This document shows positions 19,813 to 28,418 of a stretch of DNA of 63,901 bases, piece by piece; positions within the stretch are counted from its first letter, which is position 1, and each line of letters starts with the position of its first letter. The notes under the pieces were generated by a model. It was not told the DNA's origin and ran no database searches. It saw only the letters and a program-made list of their open reading frames with translations. Made by a program: the position numbers and the translations under genes. The stretch is from a bacterium. GTDB lineage: Bacteria; Myxococcota_A; UBA9042. Location: contig JAUIAC010000004.1 in the NCBI GenBank assembly GCA_030425545.1, positions 1-63,901 on the forward strand. Direction: 5' to 3'.

Positions 19813-21942
19813 ATGAAGCTTCGCATGCCCACACACAGCGCCCGACTCCAGCGTGCCAGACTCCAGCGTGCCCGACTCCAGCACGTCGGCCTCGTCCGCG
19901 CCGGCCTCCTGGCCACGGCGCTGCTCGTCGCCGCTCCGGCCATGGCCGCCGAGGGAGAGTACCTCCCCGAGCTGCAGGTCAAGGCGCAGGACGCGTACCG
20001 CAAGGGCCTCGAGGCGGCGCTGCGGCCGCTGCCCAAGTGCAACCCCTTCCGCATGGTCGACCGCACCGTCAAGGACAAGGACGGCAAGGAGACGAAGGTC
20101 AGCGGCTGCTGCCCGCTCGGCTTCGCCAGCCTGGGCTCGCGCTGCGTGCGCATCGCCCCGCCGACCTGCGCGCGCGTGGCCATCGAGAACCCTGCCGCCT
20201 GCCGCCTGACCCAGTGCGCCAAGTACGTCCGCGAGATCGAGGTCGACGCCGTCAGCAAGAAGGGCAAGAAGATCCCGAAGCTCGGCAAGGACGGCAAGCC
20301 GATCCCCGGGGAGTTCGAGAAGGCCAAGAAGGAGATCCCCTGTGAGCCCTGGAAGTCCACGGGCGAGCGCGACCTGACCTGCGAGCTCGACACCTACGAG
20401 TGCAAGAAAGAGGAGCTCGCGTCGGGCCCCGTGCGCTGGTGCACCGACTTCATGAAGAAGCTCTCGGTGCCGGCCGAGGCCAAGGAAGGCGAAGAGGCGC
20501 CCGCCGCCGGCAAGATGGTCGACAAGTTCTTCCAGTGCGCGCCCGGCTCCGCGGACTGCCAGATGGTCCTGCGGGAGTGCGCCGGCAAGGAGCTGACCAG
20601 CAACAAGACGCTTTACGGCGACCGCACCCCGTGCAAGATCGGCGAGTGGGTCGACCAGAACGACGGCGGCAAGTGCAAGCCCTACACCTGCCCCGCGCAG
20701 TGCCGCACCTCGGACAACCGCTGCGCGGCCTGCGGCCCCGACTACATCGGCGCTTCGCAGAACTTCAAGGCGGCGCACGACGCTGACGAGCACTTCTACG
20801 AGGCCTACTTCAACCACGGCATGGCGCTCGAGCGGCTCGGCAAGTACGCCGAGGCGGTGGCCGTGTACCAGAAGGCCCAGTCGGTGAACCCGCGCAACGA
20901 CCGTGAGCGCAAGCTGCGGCTCTCTGCGCAGGCCTTCATGGCGCGCGCCAAGCTGGCCGAGGGTGGTCGCTTCGCTGAGGCCGGCAACGTGTCCAAGGCC
21001 AAGCAGCTGCGCGACGCGGCTCGGTCCATCTGCGAGAGCATCCGCGGCCAGGATCCCGACAACACGGTCGCCAACAACGTGCTCGCCCAGTACTGGCTCG
21101 ACAACGGCAACCTCGAGCTGGCCGAGAACTTCGTCAAGCAGGTGCTGCGCGTGAACCGCGAGGACACGGTCGCCTTGAACATCCGTGGCCTGGTCAACCT
21201 GCGCCAGAAGAAGAACGAGATCGTCCGTTGGATCCTCGAGGAGAAGGTGCTCGCGCTCGACCCGGCCAACCCCGAGGGCTACGCCAACCTGGGCCTCGCC
21301 TTCGTCCGCCTCGGCGAGCTGCCCAAGGCCGTCGTCGCCTTCGAGCGCGCCGTGAAGCTCAAGCCCAACTCGGTGCCCGCCCGCCTCAACCTCGGCGCGA
21401 TCTACATCGAGTACCTCAACTACGAGCAGGCCGAGCGTCAGTACGCCCAGGCGCTCAAGCTCGAGCCCGAGAACCTCGAGGCCACCGTGGGCTACGCGCT
21501 CGCGCTCGAGGGCCGTCGGAACCCCAAGAAGGCGGCCGGGCTCTACGAGCGCGTGCTGGCGAAGGACCCAAAGCGCGCCGCGCTCATCACGCGGCTCGCC
21601 ATCATCTACGAGAAGGCGCCCTTCAACGACGGCAACAAGGCGATCACCTACTGGAAGCGCTACCGCAAGCTGGCGCAGCTGCCGAGCCAGGCCGAGGCCA
21701 AGGCCGCCAAGACCTCGCTGGAGGCCGAGTGGAAGAGCCACATGTCCAAGCGTGTGCCGCGGCGGGGGGCCAAGCGTGAGGCCCACCTGGCGCACCGCAA
21801 GGAGCTCAAGGAGAAGCTGTCCAAGGCGCAGCTGACCTGGAAGAACGTGCTCGCGATCGACTCCCGCATCCAGGCCATCGAGATGGGCATGAAGATGGCC
21901 AAAGAGGCCAAGCAGGAAGAGAAGAAGAAGCCGAACTCCTGA
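19813..21942 (+). CDS. secreted protein with Cys-rich N-terminal domain and canonical TPR repeats (GltE/NfsE position)
   Basis: A GAGGGA RBS precedes the start. The signal peptide ends APAMAAEG. A Cys-rich segment of about 300 aa follows. The TPRs include GYANLGLAFVRLGELPKAVVAFERAVKLKPNS. Confidence 0.85.
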   Translation: MKLRMPTHSARLQRARLQRARLQHVGLVRAGLLATALLVAAPAMAAEGEYLPELQVKAQDAYRKGLEAALRPLPKCNPFRMVDRTVKDKDGKETKVSGCCPLGFASLGSRCVRIAPPTCARVAIENPAACRLTQCAKYVREIEVDAVSKKGKKIPKLGKDGKPIPGEFEKAKKEIPCEPWKSTGERDLTCELDTYECKKEELASGPVRWCTDFMKKLSVPAEAKEGEEAPAAGKMVDKFFQCAPGSADCQMVLRECAGKELTSNKTLYGDRTPCKIGEWVDQNDGGKCKPYTCPAQCRTSDNRCAACGPDYIGASQNFKAAHDADEHFYEAYFNHGMALERLGKYAEAVAVYQKAQSVNPRNDRERKLRLSAQAFMARAKLAEGGRFAEAGNVSKAKQLRDAARSICESIRGQDPDNTVANNVLAQYWLDNGNLELAENFVKQVLRVNREDTVALNIRGLVNLRQKKNEIVRWILEEKVLALDPANPEGYANLGLAFVRLGELPKAVVAFERAVKLKPNSVPARLNLGAIYIEYLNYEQAERQYAQALKLEPENLEATVGYALALEGRRNPKKAAGLYERVLAKDPKRAALITRLAIIYEKAPFNDGNKAITYWKRYRKLAQLPSQAEAKAAKTSLEAEWKSHMSKRVPRRGAKREAHLAHRKELKEKLSKAQLTWKNVLAIDSRIQAIEMGMKMAKEAKQEEKKKPNS
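19841..19885 (+). repeat. three tandem 15-bp repeats inside the signal-peptide n-region (ARLQR ARLQR ARLQH)
   Basis: The DNA reads cccgactccagcgtg / ccagactccagcgtg / cccgactccagcacg. Confidence 0.9.
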
Positions 21943-21976
21943 ATCGCTGCGGGTGCGCCTGCGCCCACGCTCCGCA

Positions 21977-22021
21977 GAGAGGGCCGCGACCGAGCACCAT
22001 CGGCGCGGCCCTCTCGCGTTT
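21977..22021 (+). terminator. GC-rich hairpin terminator candidate after the TPR gene
   Basis: GAGAGGGCCGCG (21977-21988) pairs perfectly with CGCGGCCCTCTC (22004-22015). The loop is 15 nt. The tail GCGTTTGGG gives only a short T tract. Confidence 0.5.
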
Positions 22022-22185
22022 GGGCCCGCTGAACGGGGCGTGGCCACCCGCGTGCACACCGAACTTCAGGGCATAGTTCTTGCGACGCCAAGTCGCCATC
22101 CGGTACCCTCCCGCGCCTGTGCGTCCGTGCGCCTGCTGTCCACCCCGGCGGCGTCCACCCGGCCGCTCAATCTCAGGAGCTCTCC

Positions 22186-22446
22186 ATGAAACGCATCATC
22201 ACCCGCGCCGCCGTCGTCCTCGTCACGCTGTCCCTCGGGGCCGCAGTCGCCACCCCGGCGCTGGCGAAGGACAAGAAGGCTCGCTTCTACGACTTCTCCG
22301 ACCAGCTCATCGACGGTGACGTGAAGAAGCCGAGCACCATCTGGATGGAGTCCCGCACGCGCGCCAAGTTCGAGAAGCTGCTCAAGCTGAAGAAGTCGTT
22401 TCGCCAGGCGATGATCGACACCAGCAAAGAGCCGATCCTGAAGTAG
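22186..22446 (+). CDS. small secreted protein (86 aa), Lys-rich (GltF/NfsF position)
   Basis: AGGAG lies 7 nt upstream of the ATG. The signal peptide is MKRIITRAAVVLVTLSLGAAVATPALA. The mature part starts KDKKARFYDFSDQLIDGDVKKPS. Codon usage looks native. Confidence 0.6.
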   Translation: MKRIITRAAVVLVTLSLGAAVATPALAKDKKARFYDFSDQLIDGDVKKPSTIWMESRTRAKFEKLLKLKKSFRQAMIDTSKEPILK

Positions 22447-22597
22447 CCGACGAGGCTGGAGCGCTCCCCTATGCGGGGCGGCGCCCCCCCTGTCGCGCCG
22501 GTGTGACCGAGGGTCAGACCGGGCCCGCCCTGTCCAACCGGACCTGGGCTGGCGTGTGGGCACGCGCTCGCGCGCCTCGAGAATTCGGAGCACGTCC

Positions 22598-24790
22598 ATG
22601 TCCCTGTTCAGCTCATCTGCGCCCCTGCGGGCCCTCGCGGTCGCCGCGCTCTCCCTGGCGCTTGGCTCCGGCTGCACCACGACCGACAACGGTGGCCAGC
22701 CCGGCACGGCCGGCGGTGGCGGCGGCGGGGGTGGTGGCGGCGCCCAGTGCGCGACGTCAGGCTCCTTCGGGCTCGAGTGCGACGCGGTCATGGACCTGCG
22801 CGACGACGCGACCAAGCTCTCTGCCCAGAACACCTACGCCATCGACACCGGAGACCTCGGCGCCGACGGGCTGAAGAGCTGGACCCTGCAGGTCCGCAAC
22901 CAGGGCAACGGCAACCTCGTCATCTCCAAGGTCGAGCTGGTCTACACCGCGCCCTCGCCGGCCGAGGCGGCCAACCCGGCCTTCGGCTGCACCGACGCAG
23001 CGGGCACGCCCTGCGCTCAGGCGAAGTGGCCGACGGTCGCGCCGGGCGGCACCGCCGGGGTCAACGCGGCCGACATCAAGATCGCGTTCCGCAAGCAGGC
23101 CGACGAGCTCAAGCGCGACGCCATCCTGCGCATCCACTCCAACGCCAAGGGCAAGCCGGTGGTCCAGGTGCGCTTCTCCACGGCGTCGGGCACGGCCAAG
23201 GTGTCCGTCAAGCCCGAGTTCATGGACTTTGGCTTCGTTCAGATCGGCAGCGAGAAGATCCAGGAGATCCGCGTCTTCAACATCGGCAACTCGCCGCTGA
23301 AGGTGTCGAAGATGGACCTGACCAGCCTGAGCGGCGACCTCTTCACCTTCATCATCGACGGCAAGGAGCACCCCGGTGGGGCGCCCGTGGCCTTCGACCC
23401 GCCGCTCGAGGTGGCCAAGAACAACTACTTCTCCATCAAGGGCGTGTACCGCGGCAAGGACGACCTGCCGCACAACGGCACCATCTTGCTCGACACCAAC
23501 GACGCCAACCTCACCAACGAGGGCGGACCGGGCAAGAAGGCGATCAACGTCAAGGTCAACTCCACCGGCCCCTGCCTCGTGGCCAAGCCCGGCAACGTCG
23601 TCTTCGGCGGCGCGGCGGTCGGCAGCAAAGGCGTGCGCCCCCTCATCTTGGAGTCCTGCGGCGACATCGCCGTGGAGATCACCGACGCCGCCTGGGCCGC
23701 CCCCGGCGCAGGCGAGTTCTCGGTCGACTGGAGCTCGCTCCCTGGCGGCACGGGCAAGGCGCCGACGGCCGCGGCGCCGATCAAGATCGCCATCAACCAG
23801 AGCGTGACCCTGCAGCTGAACTACCAGCCCGAGGGCGCCAACCCGGTCAAGGACGGGCTCCCGGTGCCGGACACCGCGAAGCTCATCTTCACCAGCAACG
23901 CGGTGAAGAAGCTGACCGAGGTCACGGTCGAGGGGGTCGCCGCGAGCGCGGACTGCCCGACCGCCATCATCACGGTGCAGGAGGGCGACGCGGTGGTGCC
24001 GCAGACCCAGCTGCACATCGACGGGCTCCAGTCCTTCGCGCCGGGGCAGGGCGGCATCTCGAAGTACGCCTGGGAGGTCAGCCAGCCCAAGGGCTCCGTC
24101 GGGCTCTTCTCGCCCAACGCCACGGCCCCGTCGGTGCTCTTCCAGCCCAACGTCGCTGGCGACTACGTGTTCCGGCTGCGTGTGTGGGACAACGCTGGCA
24201 AGGAGAGCTGCTTCCCCGGCGTGAAGACGGTGAAGGTGCTCCCGGACGACGCGATCCACGTCGAGCTGCTGTGGGACACGCCCGCGGACAAGGACCAGTC
24301 CGACGAGGGCCCCGCTGCGGGCGCCGATCTCGATCTCCACTTCGCGCACAGCTACGCCAGCGTCCTCGACTTCGACGGCGACGGCGCCAACGACCCCTGG
24401 TTCGACGCCAAGTACGACTGCTTCTGGTTCAACAAGAGCCCGGAGTGGGGCAGCTACGACCCCAACGTCGACGACAACCCGAGCCTCGACCGCGACGACA
24501 CCGACGGCGCCGGTCCGGAGAACCTGAACCTCACCTTGCCCGAGGACGGCAAGGAGTACGCCGTGGGCGTGCACTACTTCAATGACAACGGCTGGGGACA
24601 GTCGATCGCCGAGGTGCGCATCTACATCTACGGCCAGCTTCAGTTCCAGGTGACGTCCAAGCCGCTCACGCACCAAGACATGTGGTACGTCGCTGACATC
24701 CAGTGGCCGAGCGGCGGCATCGCCAGCAAGCTCGACAAAGACTCGAAGCCCTTCTTCATCACGCCGAAGTACCCGGCGCCTGAGCTGTAG
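22598..24790 (+). CDS. Ig-repeat lipoprotein, paralog D of the A/B/C family
   Basis: The start MSLFSSSAPLRALAVAALSLALGSGC provides a lipobox. A poly-Gly linker and Ig-like repeats follow. A PKD-like segment (YVFRLRVWDNAGKES) is present. The C-terminus reads IHVELLWDTPADKDQSD...ADLDLHFAHS...DRDDTDGAGPENLNL...VGVHYFNDNGWG...VRIYIYG. Confidence 0.85.
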   Translation: MSLFSSSAPLRALAVAALSLALGSGCTTTDNGGQPGTAGGGGGGGGGGAQCATSGSFGLECDAVMDLRDDATKLSAQNTYAIDTGDLGADGLKSWTLQVRNQGNGNLVISKVELVYTAPSPAEAANPAFGCTDAAGTPCAQAKWPTVAPGGTAGVNAADIKIAFRKQADELKRDAILRIHSNAKGKPVVQVRFSTASGTAKVSVKPEFMDFGFVQIGSEKIQEIRVFNIGNSPLKVSKMDLTSLSGDLFTFIIDGKEHPGGAPVAFDPPLEVAKNNYFSIKGVYRGKDDLPHNGTILLDTNDANLTNEGGPGKKAINVKVNSTGPCLVAKPGNVVFGGAAVGSKGVRPLILESCGDIAVEITDAAWAAPGAGEFSVDWSSLPGGTGKAPTAAAPIKIAINQSVTLQLNYQPEGANPVKDGLPVPDTAKLIFTSNAVKKLTEVTVEGVAASADCPTAIITVQEGDAVVPQTQLHIDGLQSFAPGQGGISKYAWEVSQPKGSVGLFSPNATAPSVLFQPNVAGDYVFRLRVWDNAGKESCFPGVKTVKVLPDDAIHVELLWDTPADKDQSDEGPAAGADLDLHFAHSYASVLDFDGDGANDPWFDAKYDCFWFNKSPEWGSYDPNVDDNPSLDRDDTDGAGPENLNLTLPEDGKEYAVGVHYFNDNGWGQSIAEVRIYIYGQLQFQVTSKPLTHQDMWYVADIQWPSGGIASKLDKDSKPFFITPKYPAPEL

Positions 24791-24890
24791 CACCCCAGCG
24801 CTGCACGCGCCCGCTCGGCGGGGGGTGCAGCATGAGGCCACGCACGCCGCCCCGGCGGCACGCAACAGACAGCCCCTCTCGGAGTCCCCC

Positions 24891-27800
24891 ATGCTACGTC
24901 GCATCTCCACCTTGGCCCTCGTGTGCTTCTCGATCGTCGCCCTCGGCGCCTGCTCAGAGACACCCGAGGGCGGCAACGGCAGCAACGGCAGCAGCGGTGG
25001 CGGCACCAGCGGCGGTGGCACCAGCGGCGGCGGCTGCACGGGCGCGTTCTGCCTGGAGGACGACCTCCAGATCGCCGCAGAGCCGACGAAGCTTCAGTTC
25101 CTCGACATCCCGGTCGGCCAGAGCGCTGAGCAGACCGTGCGCCTCAAGCACGTCGGCAACCGCGGCGTCCTCAAGCTCACGGCCGCCAACTTTGCCCCGG
25201 CCAACGACCAGTTCGAGCTGCTCGACTTCGTCGCCAAGGACCTCGCGGTGGGCGAGTCGCTCACGGTCAAGGTGCGCTACACGCCGACCGCAACGGGCAC
25301 CAAGAAGCTCGACCTGGTCATCGCCAACAACGACAACGACTCGAGCGACAAGAGCTTCGAGGTGCCGATCGAGGTCAAGGCCGGCGCGGGCAGCCTCAAG
25401 GTCTCGCCCGACCCCATCGACTTCGGCGCGGTGGACTCGAACACCTGCAAGGACCTCACGGCCAAGGTGTTCAACAGCGGGCAGAAGCCGATCAAGATCA
25501 CGAGCGCCAGCCTCTCGGGCTCGGGCAGCCCGGACTTCAAGATCAAGACCGCCCCGGACGACAGCAAGGAGGTGCAGCCGCTCAGCTCGGTCGACATCAC
25601 CCTGACCTTCTGCCCGACGCCCGGCGAAGACAACGACACCACGGAGCTGTCCCTCGAGGACAGTGACGGCAAGCTGACCGTGGTGCAGGTCTTCGGCGCC
25701 GAGATCGCCCCGCGCATCACCGTCGTCCCGCCCGTGCTCAACTACGGCACGCTCGACCTCAACGCCAAGGCGACCCGCTCGTTCAAGATCTTCAACCAGG
25801 GCATCGCGCTGCTGAAGGTCGACAAGATCGAGATCTCGGTCCTGTCGAAGGTCAAGACGCTCAAGATCAGCGACGTCGGGCCCTTCGAGCTCAAGGCCAA
25901 GGAGCAGAAGCTCATCGACGTGGAGCTCGACGCCTCCATCGTGCTGCCCAACGACGGCGCGCCAGTGGCCTCGCTGGTCATCCACAGCAACGACGCCAAC
26001 AAGAAGCTGGTGAACATCCCGGTCTTCGCCAAGACCGACATCGGCAGCTTGAAGGTGACCCCGCCCGACGTGCTCGACTTCGCCATTGTCGGCAAGGGGC
26101 TCAGCGTCCAGCGCAAGGTCGAGCTCTTCAACGAGGGCACCGCCGACGTTGAGGTCAAGAGCGTCGAGATCACCGACAGCAGCAACGGCGAGTTCGAGCT
26201 GGTGCCGGGCACCTTCAAGCCGGTCAGCGCGAGCCCCTCGGCTCAGGTGATGAAGGCTGCGGAGTACCAGAGCTTCAAGGTCAAGTTCACCGCCACCGGC
26301 CCGGTCGGGGCGTCGGCCAAGGGGATGCTGGTCATCAAGAGCACCGACCCGGGCACGCCCGAGCGCAAGATCTCGTTGCTGGCCGACCGCGCCGAGGGCA
26401 GCAAGTGCAACATCAAGATCATCCCCGGCGTCATGAACTTCGGCGTGCTGAGCTACGGCCAGAGCAAGACCCTCGCCGTCACGGTGAAGAACGTGGGCTC
26501 CGGCTACTGCACCTTCGCCGACCAGAAGATCCTCGACTGCCCCAAGGGGCTGCTTGGTGGCAAGGAGACCTGCTCGCTCATCGGCGTGCCGAAGTTCCAG
26601 ACCTTCGCGCCCTCGACCAAGCTCTTCAACCTGGCCCCCGGCGACTCGGGCAAGCTCAACATCCTCTTCAACACGCCCAACGACGGCGGCCTCTTCGCTG
26701 ATCCCAAGTCGCTGCTGAAGTACTACGGCTACCTCGCCGTGAAGTTCAAGGACCAGGCCACCGGCCTCGCCGACTGGTACCCCAAGGACCCGGCCAAGGA
26801 CTCGGCCAAGCTCTCCGCCAACCTGGTCGCGAGCGTGGGCGAGGCCTCGGTCAACGTGCTGCCGGACTCCATCGACTTCGGCTTGGTCACGGTCGGCTGC
26901 AAGAGCAAGGTGGAGCACGTCAGCGTGTTCAACACGGGGATCACGCCGGTCTTCATCACCAAGCTCGAGTTCCAAGGCTGCGGCGTCGAGATGAAGAAGG
27001 TCTCGTGGCCGGGCGTGCCCAAGAAGGGCATCGAGGTGACGCAGTCCGTGCCGGTCAAGCTCGGCCTGCAGTACGCGCCGCAGAACGAAGGCAAGGACTC
27101 CTGCCAGATGATCGTCACCACGGGCAATGAGGGCCAGTGCGTCGACGCCACGGGCACGCCTACGGCCAGCGGGTCGTGCAAGGTGACGGGCGACTGCCAG
27201 GGCACCAACGACACGCTCTGCGCGGGGCAGACCTTCAGCGTCCCGATCAAGGGCGAGGGCACCCTGCTGACCGAGTTCACCGACGAGTTCGAGCAGGGCG
27301 CCGGCAAGAAGGTCGACGTGCTCTTCGTCATCGACAACTCGGGCTCCATGGGCGACGAGCAGAAGAACCTGGCCAACAACTTCGGCCAGTTCATCCAGTT
27401 CGCGACGCTGTGGCAGAACGACTACCACCTCGGGGTGGTCACCACAGACATGAAGAACGGCGGCGACAAGGGCCGGCTCCGCACCCAGAACGGCACCCGC
27501 ATCGTCACGCCCAAGACCTCGAACCCGACCGGGACCTTCCAGTCGCTCGCCAAGGTCGGGACCAGCGGCTCGGCCGACGAGCGCGGCCTGGCGGCGGCGA
27601 AGGCGGCGCTCACGCTGCCCCACGTCTTCGACTCCGGGAAGTCCTGCAAGGTCGACACCGACTGCACCGATGGCACCTGCGTCAAGGGCCCGGACGGCAA
27701 GCTCGGCTGTGGCGGCCACAACCGCGGCTTCCTGCGCAAGCAAGCCGGCCTGGAGATCGTCTTCGTCTCGGACGAAGAGGACAGCTCACCTAGCGACCTC

Positions 27801-28247
27801 GCCTACTACGTCAACTTCCTCTACTCGCTGAAGGGCGCCGCCAACAAGGGCCTCTTCCACGCCCACGCCATCGTCGGGCTGACCAAGAGCAGCGGCAGCG
27901 GCGGCGGCGGGTGCGGCGCAGCCAAGGGCAGCCGCTACATCGCGGTGGCCAAGGACACCGGTGGCCAGACCGCGTCGATCTGCGACGCGTCCTTCGCCAA
28001 GAGCCTCAAGAACATCGGCGAGGTCGCCTTCGGCCTGAGCCATCAGTTCTTCCTGACCATGAACGCCGAGCCTTCGACCGTGAAGGTGTGGATCAACGGC
28101 GTCGAGTGCGTCGGCGGGAACACTAGCTGGGCCTACGACCAGCCCAGCAACAGCGTGGTCTTCGTCTCGGCGACGGCCAACGGCACGTGCATGCCCAAGA
28201 AGGGCGACAAGGTGAAGATCTACTACAAGACCCTCTGCTTCCCGTAG
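24891..28247 (+). CDS. large lipoprotein: array of Ig-like (HYDIN/ASH or choice-of-anchor-D-like) domains plus C-terminal vWA-like domain
   Basis: The start MLRRISTLALVCFSIVALGAC provides a lipobox. A GGNGSNGSSGGGTSGGGTSGGG linker follows. Units of the type xxFGxVxxxxxxxxxxxxxNxGxxxLxIxxI recur. The C-terminus has VDVLFVIDNSGSMGDEQ (MIDAS DxSxS) and IVFVSDEED. Confidence 0.85.
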   Translation: MLRRISTLALVCFSIVALGACSETPEGGNGSNGSSGGGTSGGGTSGGGCTGAFCLEDDLQIAAEPTKLQFLDIPVGQSAEQTVRLKHVGNRGVLKLTAANFAPANDQFELLDFVAKDLAVGESLTVKVRYTPTATGTKKLDLVIANNDNDSSDKSFEVPIEVKAGAGSLKVSPDPIDFGAVDSNTCKDLTAKVFNSGQKPIKITSASLSGSGSPDFKIKTAPDDSKEVQPLSSVDITLTFCPTPGEDNDTTELSLEDSDGKLTVVQVFGAEIAPRITVVPPVLNYGTLDLNAKATRSFKIFNQGIALLKVDKIEISVLSKVKTLKISDVGPFELKAKEQKLIDVELDASIVLPNDGAPVASLVIHSNDANKKLVNIPVFAKTDIGSLKVTPPDVLDFAIVGKGLSVQRKVELFNEGTADVEVKSVEITDSSNGEFELVPGTFKPVSASPSAQVMKAAEYQSFKVKFTATGPVGASAKGMLVIKSTDPGTPERKISLLADRAEGSKCNIKIIPGVMNFGVLSYGQSKTLAVTVKNVGSGYCTFADQKILDCPKGLLGGKETCSLIGVPKFQTFAPSTKLFNLAPGDSGKLNILFNTPNDGGLFADPKSLLKYYGYLAVKFKDQATGLADWYPKDPAKDSAKLSANLVASVGEASVNVLPDSIDFGLVTVGCKSKVEHVSVFNTGITPVFITKLEFQGCGVEMKKVSWPGVPKKGIEVTQSVPVKLGLQYAPQNEGKDSCQMIVTTGNEGQCVDATGTPTASGSCKVTGDCQGTNDTLCAGQTFSVPIKGEGTLLTEFTDEFEQGAGKKVDVLFVIDNSGSMGDEQKNLANNFGQFIQFATLWQNDYHLGVVTTDMKNGGDKGRLRTQNGTRIVTPKTSNPTGTFQSLAKVGTSGSADERGLAAAKAALTLPHVFDSGKSCKVDTDCTDGTCVKGPDGKLGCGGHNRGFLRKQAGLEIVFVSDEEDSSPSDLAYYVNFLYSLKGAANKGLFHAHAIVGLTKSSGSGGGGCGAAKGSRYIAVAKDTGGQTASICDASFAKSLKNIGEVAFGLSHQFFLTMNAEPSTVKVWINGVECVGGNTSWAYDQPSNSVVFVSATANGTCMPKKGDKVKIYYKTLCFP

Positions 28248-28418
28248 CGGCCCTGGCGCCGACCGGCCGCGGCCACCGCGACGCGCGCTTCGCGTCCGGC
28301 CACGGGTTTCGGCACCCTGCGGGGGAGACAGGGGCGAAGCAGAAGCGTGCGTCAGGCCGAGCAGGCGACGCGCGACCATCGCGAAGCAGGCGCGTCGCCT
28401 GCCCAGAGAGGACCTAGC

